A stretch of DNA of 64,000 nt from Candidatus Omnitrophota bacterium (GCA_041650835.1 JBAZKL010000003.1:291682-355681); one strand, 5' to 3'; shown: positions 27,398 through 36,340, numbered from the stretch's first letter. Made by a program: numbers and translations. The notes: generated from the sequence alone by a model not told the origin.

Positions 27398-27650
27398 GCA
27401 AAGTCTAAAGTATAAAGTCTAAATATCAAAGGAAATTCAAAGATTAAAGATCAAATTTTAAATTTCCTACCTGCCGGCAGGAAGAATCAAAGCCATGTCA
27501 TTCCCGCGAGCCCGCAAAAGCTTTAGTGGCGGGCGAAAGCGGGAATCCAAAGAAATGCAAGAATAAAGGTTCAATTTTAAAATTTAGCCTTAAGCCTTAA
27601 ATCTTCCTTTGTTATTTATACTTTAGACTTTAAAATTAACCACATCATAT
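27398..27650. repeat. MITE-like imperfect palindromic element, copy 3, with about 90-bp internal insertion
   Basis: Arms match copies 1 and 2 (CAAAGGAAATTCAAAG...CCTTAAATCTTCCTTTGTTATTTATACTTTAGACTTTAAAAT). Centre contains CCTGCCGGCAGG plus an extra hairpin TGTCATTCCCGCGAGCCCGC...GCGGGCGAAAGCGGGAAT. Confidence 0.5.
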
Positions 27651-28014
27651 CAAAGCAAGGTGACTGTCACGCTTTTTGTGACTGTCACCTTGCTTGCCCT
27701 AAAATAACTCTTAAATGATACCATGAAAGTGCTATAATACGCATATGTGACACAGGGGGGACAATGAAGCTGGACTTGGTCAATTTTTAGGCAATCTTCT
27801 ATGCAGGTAGGGGGTTGCCGTTTTTGTTATGATGATTAAGTGATGTGTTACCCGAATTCCCCCATGCTGCCGAGATGGGCATATAATGAGATTTATATCG
27901 CTTGTAGGGATGGCTTGTTCTGTCCCCACAAATGGAAAAGGGACTACTCTGGGTTTAGGAAAATATGACTGTAACCCAATAATAAAAGATTAAATTTCTC
28001 AAAAAGGTGGAACT

Positions 28015-29052
28015 ATGAATGAAAAATGTCCTAATTGTGGTAATCCATTTGAAGGTAATAACCTACAAAAATGTTTAAAATGTGGCATTGATATTTTACA
28101 ATATACTCGAGAGAAATTAGAAGAAATGGAAAATGAGAAAGAATTATTAGTAAATAATGAAAGGCGGATAGCGAATAATATTTTTCAGAAAACTTGGAAT
28201 AAGTTAATCAAGGTGATATGGTTTTGGATTGGTGTTATTGTAGTTTTATGGGGGTTTGCAGTTGGGCTTAGTTTAAGAGAAATCTATAAAAATGTAGTAA
28301 ATGTTACTAAGAATCAAATTATAGAACTTATAACTAAACAATTTGAAGAGCCTCGCATAAGACAAACTTTAACTGAGGTAGCTAATACTGAAGCCGAAGA
28401 TATTCTTGCAAATCAAGTTCGACCAGAAATAGATAGTTTTAAAGAAGGAATAAACAAAGAATTAGATTCAGTTAAACGATTTTCAGAGGATTTAAAAACA
28501 AAATATACAATTGATTATAACACTTTTAATCTTGAAGTTGCTAAATTAAAAGACCGAAACAGGCTAATAGAATTGGGGGATATGGTTATTGCAAACAGAG
28601 ATGTGGCTGCTTATAAAGAATTGGAGCGCATTGCTAAAGATTCTGTAAAACCAGAATTGATGTCGGCGGCAGTGTCAGAAATAAAGCGAGTTAAGGTATT
28701 TTTTGCGACAATGACTAGTGTGAAAGGGGCGTCTATTTCATATAAAGGTCCCCTGGGGAGTGAATTAAAAGATAATGATATGACTAGGGATAGACTTATT
28801 TTTAATTTAAAGAATGATAATTGGTTAATTAGGGTAAAAGCAGCTCAATTGCTTCAGGGTAAAAAAGAAAAAAGTTCCGCAGAAGCCCTTTTAGAAAGTA
28901 TGAATAATGATCCTGATATGGAAGTAAGAAAAGAAGCTTTGGAATCATTTGATGCGATAACAGGGCACATAAGCAATGATGTCTTTGGTTTTGAAGCCGC
29001 GAATGAATGGTGGACTCAAAATAAGTTCGAGGTTGATAAAAAATTAAAATAA
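28015..29052 (+). CDS. Hypothetical protein: N-terminal zinc ribbon, one TM helix, C-terminal HEAT-like repeats
   Basis: CPNCGNPFEGNNLQKCLKCG zinc ribbon, a hydrophobic segment (VIWFWIGVIVVLWGFAVGL), and C-terminal LIRVKAAQLL / EVRKEALESF HEAT-like units. AT-rich compared with the flanking core genes. Confidence 0.45.
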   Translation: MNEKCPNCGNPFEGNNLQKCLKCGIDILQYTREKLEEMENEKELLVNNERRIANNIFQKTWNKLIKVIWFWIGVIVVLWGFAVGLSLREIYKNVVNVTKNQIIELITKQFEEPRIRQTLTEVANTEAEDILANQVRPEIDSFKEGINKELDSVKRFSEDLKTKYTIDYNTFNLEVAKLKDRNRLIELGDMVIANRDVAAYKELERIAKDSVKPELMSAAVSEIKRVKVFFATMTSVKGASISYKGPLGSELKDNDMTRDRLIFNLKNDNWLIRVKAAQLLQGKKEKSSAEALLESMNNDPDMEVRKEALESFDAITGHISNDVFGFEAANEWWTQNKFEVDKKLK

Positions 29053-29188
29053 TTTAAGAAGACAGGAGAGTTCTTACTTCTTTTGAATTAAGCTGGTTTT
29101 AGAATAAGAGTAGAGTTGTAGAAAAAGTAAATTAAAACATTAATTTGGTTAACCCTTGATGTTAATTTTTACTTGACAAGGTTAATGT

Positions 29189-29521
29189 ATGGATATATAC
29201 TTTAGTAGCAATAAAGATATGAGAATTTTTAATTCGGATAGAGAACTGCAAAAGAAATATGGTCATCTTTCGAAAAAGATTCAGCAAAGATTAGTAGAGT
29301 TGAGAGCGGTTAATTTTTTAGCTGATATTTCTGATTCACCTCCTCCAAGGCGTCATAAATTGGTTAATGATCGTGAAGGTCAATGGGCTGTTGATCTTAA
29401 TGGAAACAAACGATTGATTTTTGAACCAAGCAATGATCCAATTCCTAAAACTGAAACTGGGGCAATTGATTTAACTAAGGTTACCGAAATAACTATTATC
29501 GAAGTAGCGGATTATCATTAA
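29189..29521 (+). CDS. higB: HigB-family (RelE/ParE superfamily) toxin
   Basis: LVNDREGQWAVDLNGNKRLIFEP...VADYH resembles the HigB 'plasmid maintenance system killer' family (C-terminal DYH); the partner HTH gene follows 3 nt downstream. Confidence 0.6.
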   Translation: MDIYFSSNKDMRIFNSDRELQKKYGHLSKKIQQRLVELRAVNFLADISDSPPPRRHKLVNDREGQWAVDLNGNKRLIFEPSNDPIPKTETGAIDLTKVTEITIIEVADYH

Positions 29522-29523
29522 TT

Positions 29524-30627
29524 ATGACGGATAAATCGAAACCTTTCAAATATAGCCCTGATTATGCTGTTCCTCCCGGTGTTACTATTAGTGAATTACT
29601 TAATCATTTAGGAATGACTCAGGTTGAACTAGCCGATAGAACGGGTCGGCCAGAGAAAACAATAAGCGATATAGTAAATGGTAAACAAGGAGTAACTCCG
29701 GAAACTGCGTTACAGTTTGAGCGAGTACTTGGTATGTCAGCAAGCTTTTGGAATAATCTTGAAAAAAATTATCGAGAATCTTTAGTTCGTATTGAAGAGG
29801 TTAAAGCTTTAGAAAAACAAATTAATTGGCTAGAAAACTTTCCAATTGAAAGCATTATTAAAAATGGATGGATGCAGAAACATGATAATGCAGTGGCTCA
29901 ATTGCAAGAGTTGTTATCTTTTATGGGAGTTGCATCACCGAAGGAACTGAGCGTTAGTTGTTCTTCCGCGATTTTCCGAAAATCGAAGAAGATTCAAACA
30001 GATCCTTGGACGCTTTGTGCATGGCTTAGAAAGGGAGAGTTAGAGGCACAATCGGTTGAGTGTAAACCCTATGATAAAAATAAATTTAAGGAATCCTTAT
30101 ATAAAATTCGGGAAATGACAATTACTCCTGATACTCCATCAATTTTACCTCATTGGGGAAAGCTTTGTGCAGAATCTGGAGTGGCGTTAGTTATCATTCA
30201 AGAATTGCCTAAATTAAAAGTCAATGGGGCCACCCGTTGGTTAAAAGATAAGGCAGTAATTCAGCTCTCCCTTTTAAATAAATATGAAGATATTTTATGG
30301 TTTTCTTTTTTTCATGAAGCAGCACATATCTTGTTGCATGGAAGAAAGGATGTTTTTATTGAGGATAGAAATAAATTTGATCAAAATGACATGGAGAAAG
30401 AAGCGGATCAATTTGCTGAAGACTTTCTTGTCCCTCGTAACGAGTACAATGAATTTATATTAAAAGACGATTTTAACCATTCTACCGTAAATAATTTTGC
30501 AAAAAAGATAGGTGTTGGTCCGGGTATTGTAGTAGGAAGGCTTCAGCATGAAGGACTAATTAAATATAACGAACTTGCTAGTTTTAAACCTCGACTTTGC
30601 TGGAAACAACCCTCCAAGAATAACTAA
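29524..30627 (+). CDS. HigA-like HTH antitoxin fused to ImmA/IrrE-family HExxH metallopeptidase domain
   Basis: N-terminal XRE HTH (ISELLNHLGMTQVELADRTGRPEKTISDIVNG) and a C-terminal region with an HEAAH zinc-peptidase motif (FFHEAAHILLHG), COG2856-like. Confidence 0.6.
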   Translation: MTDKSKPFKYSPDYAVPPGVTISELLNHLGMTQVELADRTGRPEKTISDIVNGKQGVTPETALQFERVLGMSASFWNNLEKNYRESLVRIEEVKALEKQINWLENFPIESIIKNGWMQKHDNAVAQLQELLSFMGVASPKELSVSCSSAIFRKSKKIQTDPWTLCAWLRKGELEAQSVECKPYDKNKFKESLYKIREMTITPDTPSILPHWGKLCAESGVALVIIQELPKLKVNGATRWLKDKAVIQLSLLNKYEDILWFSFFHEAAHILLHGRKDVFIEDRNKFDQNDMEKEADQFAEDFLVPRNEYNEFILKDDFNHSTVNNFAKKIGVGPGIVVGRLQHEGLIKYNELASFKPRLCWKQPSKNN

Positions 30628-31043
30628 CAAAATAAGAAATTAAAAGATAACAAGACGTTTTCTATAACTATCTTAGAAAGACGGTGACTGCTTACATTCA
30701 AGTTTCTAATGCAACAATTTTAGTAATATGGAGTTCCGGGGACACATTACTTAATTCAAAAAGCAGATTCCCGCTAAAAGCATGCGGGAATGACAAATAG
30801 GAGTGAAATGGGGGACGTATTCGGTTCTCGATAACCGAACACCGAGCACCGATAACCCGGAAGCGGTGACAGTTACTTTGTGGACAGGCATTTTAGTGGG
30901 CTTTTAATATTGACATAAGGTAAATAAAAGGTTATGCTTTGATGAATAATCTAGTCAATTGTTCGGATTTCTATGCGTAGTAAATTTGGAGGTATACGAA
31001 ATGTAAGCGTATACCTTTTTTTATTTTAAGGAGGATACAAATT

Positions 31044-34000
31044 ATGGAGAATATAAAGAAGGCGGTATTCTTAGCCGGTATTGCGGCTGTGTGTTTTTTG
31101 TGTACCCCCGCATTCGCTTTAGTTGACAATAGCCAAGCGGTAATCGAGCAGCAAGCTGTTTCATCACAGGACACACAGCTTCCATCCCAGCCCCAACAGC
31201 CTCAAACCCCCGCGTTTGCCCCGGGAGAGCTTATCGTAAAGATCAAAGACGGAAAAACCATGGATGAACTCAGTGAGCTAAACGCTCAATATGACGTTAC
31301 TTCCATAGAAGGGATTTTCCAAAGCCCGGGTAGCCCCGAGGATATGCTTAAGAGCCTGCAACAGAAATTAGCCGGCCTTGATTCTCAACACGATAGCTGG
31401 TATTGGCAGATGGATAAAGATTCCAAGGAATATAAAGATTATGTCGCCAAGATAGAAGCGCAAAAAGAAACACTGAAAAACCAGATCAGCGCCGAAGAAG
31501 AGCTTATCGCTCATTTAGCCCAGAGACAATCCCGGGCGGATAACTCAGTAACTACTCCCGATTTAACAAACACCTATATTCTTAAAACCAATAGCTCAGT
31601 CAATATCGTCGCGATAGCTGAAGATTACTCCGCTCATCCCGCGGTAGAATACGCAGAGCCGAATTATGTGCGTAAAGTAGAGCAATCTTCTCCTATCCTT
31701 GGGCCTCCTCCTCTGCCCAGCTGGCCATATGTCCTGCCTAATGACGCGTATGTAGACCCTAACCATACTAATACCTGGACTAAAGGCGCCTGGGGGCAGG
31801 CCTACGAAGACATGTGGGGCCTCAAGAAGATCCAGGCAGATAAGGCTTGGCGATTATCGTTAGGTGAGGGGGTGATCGTAGCTGTAATCGATACCGGAGT
31901 TGATCATACCCACGAAGATATATCCGGTAATATCTGGATAAATACAAGAGAAAAACCCGGTAACGGCATAGATGACGACGGTAACGGTTATGTGGATGAT
32001 GTCAGGGGTTGGGATTTTGTCAATGATAGTAATGACCCCAAGGATGGTTTTGGCCATGGCACCCACTGCGCGGGCACCATAGCCGCAATAGGCAATAATA
32101 AGATCGGCATTATCGGACTATCTCCCAAAGCAAAGATCATGCCGGTAAAGGGGCTTGATGATTTCGGTTACGGCACTGACGCTGCATTAGTCAAATGTAT
32201 TTATTATGCCGCCAATAACGGCGCGGATGTTTTAAGCAATTCCTGGGGCGGGTCGGGAAGCAGCCAAGTAATAACAGATGCCGTTAATTATGCCTATGCG
32301 AAAGGATGCGTCGTGGTAGCATCGGCGGGCAATTCAAGCGCCGATGTTAAATATTTTTCCCCGGCCAATATTGATAAGGTTATAGCAGTCGCAGCTACCG
32401 GCCAAAATGATAAAGTATGCCTTTTTTCTAATTTCGGCAATAAAATTGATGTGACCGCTCCGGGAGGCGATGATACTCTCACATCTCTTTACGTCAATTT
32501 CAATAATGTCCTTTCATTATTAGCCCCTAATTCATATCTGGCAAAAAATTATGGCGCGGATATCGTTGGGTATAAATACCTGAAATTAGCCGGCACATCC
32601 ATGGCCTGCCCGCATGTTTCGGGCCTGGCGGCCCTGCTTATAGCCAAATACCCCGCGGATACAAATAAACAGATCAGAGGCAGGATCATGGAGACCGCTG
32701 ATGTATTATCTCAGGAGCCTTTGTATTCAGCGGGGCTCTTGGGTTCGGGGAGGATCAATTCTTATCGTGCTTTAAGCGAATCGTTTAAGCCATATTTTAA
32801 ATTTAAGGATCTGTCTCTTAAAGAGCTCAGCGGAGACGCCGACCAGATACCGGAATCCGGAGAAAGAATAAAGCTCGTCATTAAGCTGGAATCTATCGGC
32901 AAGGATATAAGCGTGGTGAAGGGCTCAATCAGCACAGACACAGACAGCCTGTACATTTCCCGTATAGACATTCCGGTTTCCTCGTTCTATAGGTCTCAAG
33001 ACGGCACAATGGATAATGCAAACAGCCCATTTGTATTTACGGTCGGCAAAGTAGAATACCAATCGCCGGTGAATATCAAGCTGACAATTAATGTCGGCGG
33101 ATATATCCAGATGTTGAATTTAAAGATAAATTTAGGCATCAGGCAGCTGCCTATTGATTACAACACCTATAAGATCGGCGCGTATTCTCTGTATAATAAT
33201 AAAATAGCCTGGGACCGTACTACGGTGGACAGCCATGTCGGTTATGTTTATAGCGGAGAGATCTATCTTTATGACATTAAGAGTAACCAGGTTAAGCAAA
33301 TATCCGCGAATGACGGCCGCATAAAAGCCTGGCCGGCAATGTATGAAAACAAAATTGCCTGTTTGGACAAGAGCTCGCCCTATTCGAATTGGAACGTGTT
33401 CCTGTATGACCTTACCGCGAAAACAGGCAAGCTCATAACCCAGGATTCCTTTAATCATCGGGATCCCGCTATCTACAAGAATAAGATCGTATGGTCTGAT
33501 GACCGTAACGGTAATAATGATATTTACCTGTATGATATCGATAAAAAGCAGGAGAGAAGGATCACGACAAATCCCGCCGGCCAGATCACTCCGAAAATTT
33601 ACGGAAATAAGATCGCGTGGATAGATTTTCGCAATGGCCCGTATGACTGGTACCGGTATGATGTTTATGTCTATGATCTGGATAAGAACGAAGAGAAGCT
33701 GATTCCCCGGACGGGGAGCAATGTCATTTGGCCGATTGATATTTTCGGTAATAAGGTCGTATGGGCGGATGATAATAATATTTATCTTTACGACTTAGAT
33801 AAGAATGAGCAGAAACTTATCAGCTCCCGTAACTATCAGTATTACATTACTTCTTTGCGGATCTACGGAAATAAAATAATCTGGGATGACAGCGTTTCCG
33901 GGAATTCAGTACAGGTGTTCATTTACGATTTAAATACCAACCAAAAAACAATGGTTACAAAAGATCAGTACGCGGTTTCGCCGATGATTTATGCCAGGAA

Positions 34001-34355
34001 TATTACCTGGCTTAACTGGAACGATGATCTTTATAAGCCGCATATGTATATTACCGAGATCCCCGATATTACTCCTCCCATCGGCTCAATAAGAATAAAT
34101 AACGGCGTTCTTTACACAAGGTTTCCCATAGTCATGCTTAATTTATATGCTCAAGATGATGAAAGCGGTATGGGAAATGGCGCGCAAATGCAATGTTCTA
34201 ATGACGGCGCGCGATGGTCAGCTCCCGGGCCATACGTAACAAGCAAATTGTGGTTTTTGACACCGGGGATCGGGTTAAAGATCGTATACGTGCGATTTAA
34301 GGATGCGGCGGGAAATTGGTCGCGTGTCTATTCAGCATACATAAAGGTATACTAG
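31044..34355 (+). CDS. Secreted subtilisin-like serine protease (peptidase S8) with C-terminal beta-propeller repeats
   Basis: Signal peptide and the catalytic triad motifs VAVIDTGVD (Asp), HGTHCAGTIAA (His) and GTSMACPHVSGLAALL (Ser), followed by at least 8 roughly 45-aa IYLYDxxxxxxxxI(T/S)...GNKI(V/A)W repeats. Confidence 0.85.
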   Translation: MENIKKAVFLAGIAAVCFLCTPAFALVDNSQAVIEQQAVSSQDTQLPSQPQQPQTPAFAPGELIVKIKDGKTMDELSELNAQYDVTSIEGIFQSPGSPEDMLKSLQQKLAGLDSQHDSWYWQMDKDSKEYKDYVAKIEAQKETLKNQISAEEELIAHLAQRQSRADNSVTTPDLTNTYILKTNSSVNIVAIAEDYSAHPAVEYAEPNYVRKVEQSSPILGPPPLPSWPYVLPNDAYVDPNHTNTWTKGAWGQAYEDMWGLKKIQADKAWRLSLGEGVIVAVIDTGVDHTHEDISGNIWINTREKPGNGIDDDGNGYVDDVRGWDFVNDSNDPKDGFGHGTHCAGTIAAIGNNKIGIIGLSPKAKIMPVKGLDDFGYGTDAALVKCIYYAANNGADVLSNSWGGSGSSQVITDAVNYAYAKGCVVVASAGNSSADVKYFSPANIDKVIAVAATGQNDKVCLFSNFGNKIDVTAPGGDDTLTSLYVNFNNVLSLLAPNSYLAKNYGADIVGYKYLKLAGTSMACPHVSGLAALLIAKYPADTNKQIRGRIMETADVLSQEPLYSAGLLGSGRINSYRALSESFKPYFKFKDLSLKELSGDADQIPESGERIKLVIKLESIGKDISVVKGSISTDTDSLYISRIDIPVSSFYRSQDGTMDNANSPFVFTVGKVEYQSPVNIKLTINVGGYIQMLNLKINLGIRQLPIDYNTYKIGAYSLYNNKIAWDRTTVDSHVGYVYSGEIYLYDIKSNQVKQISANDGRIKAWPAMYENKIACLDKSSPYSNWNVFLYDLTAKTGKLITQDSFNHRDPAIYKNKIVWSDDRNGNNDIYLYDIDKKQERRITTNPAGQITPKIYGNKIAWIDFRNGPYDWYRYDVYVYDLDKNEEKLIPRTGSNVIWPIDIFGNKVVWADDNNIYLYDLDKNEQKLISSRNYQYYITSLRIYGNKIIWDDSVSGNSVQVFIYDLNTNQKTMVTKDQYAVSPMIYARNITWLNWNDDLYKPHMYITEIPDITPPIGSIRINNGVLYTRFPIVMLNLYAQDDESGMGNGAQMQCSNDGARWSAPGPYVTSKLWFLTPGIGLKIVYVRFKDAAGNWSRVYSAYIKVY

Positions 34356-34520
34356 TTCGAGTTATCCTAATTCCGGGAATGGTGACAGTCACTTTTGGGG
34401 ACAGGCATTTTGGTGAGCGATAACCGACAACCGAGTACCGATAACCCGAACACGGTGACAGTCACAAAAAACGTGACAGTCACCGTTTTCTTGGATAAAT
34501 CATAGACGTTTTATTATTTC

Positions 34521-34919
34521 TTACTTTTGCGAGTTTTTTGATTCAAATACGATCTGTCTTAAAGCAAACTGTATTTCTTCGCCGGAATTGCCGGTTTCAA
34601 GTAACGTCAGAATATCTTTTAAGCCGGTTTCAGTCTTGATAGTCCCATTCTCTTGTGTGCGCAGAATGATGGCAAAACCGGCGATGACCGTATCCGCTTG
34701 ACGATCGAGATTTCTCACCGACAGCAGGTATTCACGTATGCGCTCAGGAGACGCTTCGATGCCTGAGATCGCCATCTTTTCGATCTCACGCCATTGCGCG
34801 TCCTGGTTCTCCGCTTCTTCGGAGCTGAGCTCCGGGGCGACAGCACTCGGAATCCTGCCTGGGGGACGTTCTGTTACGGATATTTTCTCAAGTCTCGTAT
34901 ACTGGGGGAGTGAGCGCAT
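34521..34919 (-). CDS. Hypothetical protein (orphan) flanked by composite repeats
   Basis: ORF 34521..35000 trimmed to the internal Met (MRSLPQYTRLEK...) because the upstream 80 nt are a copy of the GTGACAGTCAC composite repeat; no recognisable domain. Confidence 0.3.
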   Translation of the reverse strand: MRSLPQYTRLEKISVTERPPGRIPSAVAPELSSEEAENQDAQWREIEKMAISGIEASPERIREYLLSVRNLDRQADTVIAGFAIILRTQENGTIKTETGLKDILTLLETGNSGEEIQFALRQIVFESKNSQK

Positions 34920-35169
34920 ATCAATCCCGCCGCAAGAACGGTGACAGTCACTTTTGGGGACAGGCATTTTGGTGAGCGATACGAAAACGGTGACAGTCAC
35001 AAATTACGTGACAGTCACCGTTTTCTCAGGTATAATTAAAATTCGATTCCACGAGTATATCTCGCCAGTTAGTATTAGTAAATTTGACATATTACCCTGT
35101 CCCTCGTCGCCGACGATGTTGAATGAGAGCGACTCGGGATTGGCAAAAGAGATAAGTAAAATTAGGTTT

Positions 35170-35241
35170 TGCCCTGTCGTCTAATCGGTAGGACTTCAGA
35201 TTCTGGATCTGACTATCATGGTTCGATTCCATGCGGGGCAG
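35170..35241 (+). tRNA. tRNA-Gln (anticodon CTG)
   Basis: U1-A72 acceptor (TGCCCTG/CGGGGCA), D-arm GTCTAATCGGTAGGAC, anticodon loop TTCTGGA, T-arm ATGGTTCGATTCCAT, discriminator G. Confidence 0.8.
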
Positions 35242-35345
35242 TACTTCGACTCGCCCCTTCGGGGCTCGCTCAGTACAAGTTTTTGTGCTTGAGCCTTTGA
35301 TGCGCGTGTGGTTCTCCTCCTTCGCCCTTTAATAGACAAATTATA
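35236..35345 (+). repeat. About 110-bp direct repeat, copy 1 (starts inside the tRNA-Gln 3' end); copy 2 at 36231..36340
   Basis: GGGCAGTACTTCGACTCGCCCCTTCGGGGCTCGCTCAGTACAAGT...TTCGCCCTTTAATAGACAAATTATA present twice at about 95% identity, bracketing the 35423-36130 toxin-antitoxin pair. Confidence 0.7.
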
Positions 35346-35422
35346 TAAAGCAATAAAATATTTTTATCTTGACAATACAACCATTTAGTTGTATGCTTTA
35401 GTTGGGATAGAAGAGGGGCAAA

Positions 35423-35773
35423 TTGGCGAACATTAGCTGCTTTTATTATGTAACCGAATCCGGGAAATCGGCGGTAAGAGATTTTATTGATTCTTTGGAT
35501 GCAAGCAGCCAGAGAAAATTCTTCTTTGCCAAAAGCTTGCTTGAGGAATTTGGGCATAAGTTACCTCAACCACACGCTAAATATATAGGAGATGAGATAT
35601 TTGAGTTGAGGTTTAAAGGGCAAGAAGGCAATATCAGGGCCTTATATTTTTTCTTTCATCAAGACAAGGTCTTATTTACCAACGGATTTATTAAAAAGAC
35701 CGCTAAAGTGCCGGAAAAAGAGAAGAAGCTGGCTATTGAGAGAAGAAAAGCGTTTCTTGAAAGACATAAATAA
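35423..35773 (+). CDS. Gp49-like/HigB-type type II toxin (RelE/ParE superfamily)
   Basis: IRALYFFFHQDKVLFTNGFIKKTAKVP matches the phage Gp49-like (COG4679) toxin signature. A TTGACA-17-TATGCT promoter lies at about 35372-35400. Confidence 0.65.
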   Translation: MANISCFYYVTESGKSAVRDFIDSLDASSQRKFFFAKSLLEEFGHKLPQPHAKYIGDEIFELRFKGQEGNIRALYFFFHQDKVLFTNGFIKKTAKVPEKEKKLAIERRKAFLERHK

Positions 35774-35785
35774 GGAAGGTGCGCT

Positions 35786-36130
35786 ATGAATATGGAAAGG
35801 GTTGATGAACACTTAAAAGAGAAATTAAAGGATCCGTATTTTAAAGAACTTTATGAACTCCAAGAGCAGAAACTTGATATCGTAAAGCGGGTTATTGACT
35901 ATAGGGTTAAAAATAAGCTGACTCAAGGTCAATTAGCTAAAAAAGCGAAGGTTACCCAACAGCACATCTCTAAGATTGAAAACGGAGATTTCAGCAGTAT
36001 AGTAACCTTGGAGAAGATTTTGCTGTTTATCGGCTATACCGTGAAAATCCAAGCTGTTCCCCTTAGCAATAAAGTCAGGAATAGCATTGAGCGTCTTGTT
36101 CGGGCTAAGCATGGACTTCAGTTTGCTTAA
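35786..36130 (+). CDS. XRE-family HTH antitoxin (HigA-like)
   Basis: LTQGQLAKKAKVTQQHISKIENGDFS HTH; 13 nt downstream of the toxin gene. Confidence 0.65.
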   Translation: MNMERVDEHLKEKLKDPYFKELYELQEQKLDIVKRVIDYRVKNKLTQGQLAKKAKVTQQHISKIENGDFSSIVTLEKILLFIGYTVKIQAVPLSNKVRNSIERLVRAKHGLQFA

Positions 36131-36230
36131 TTTATTCAGGTAAAAAGCGGATTTTGGCGTGCCTATTGAAGATCTGTGTTATTTTTAGCCTGTTCCCCAG
36201 CCATAAAACCGCGCAGTCAGACGTCAATCC

Positions 36231-36340
36231 GGGCAGTACTTCGACTCGCCCCTTCGGGGCTCGCTCAGTACAAGTCTTTGCGCTTGAGCCTTTGATACGC
36301 GCGTGGTTCTCCTCCTTCGCCCTTTAATAGACAAATTATA
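36231..36340 (+). repeat. About 110-bp direct repeat, copy 2
   Basis: See copy 1 at 35236..35345. Confidence 0.7.

Noticed and set aside
30971-31174. 67-aa minus-strand ORF overlapping the S8 protease start
   Set aside because: Antisense to the signal-peptide region of a confidently called gene; hydrophobic shadow translation.
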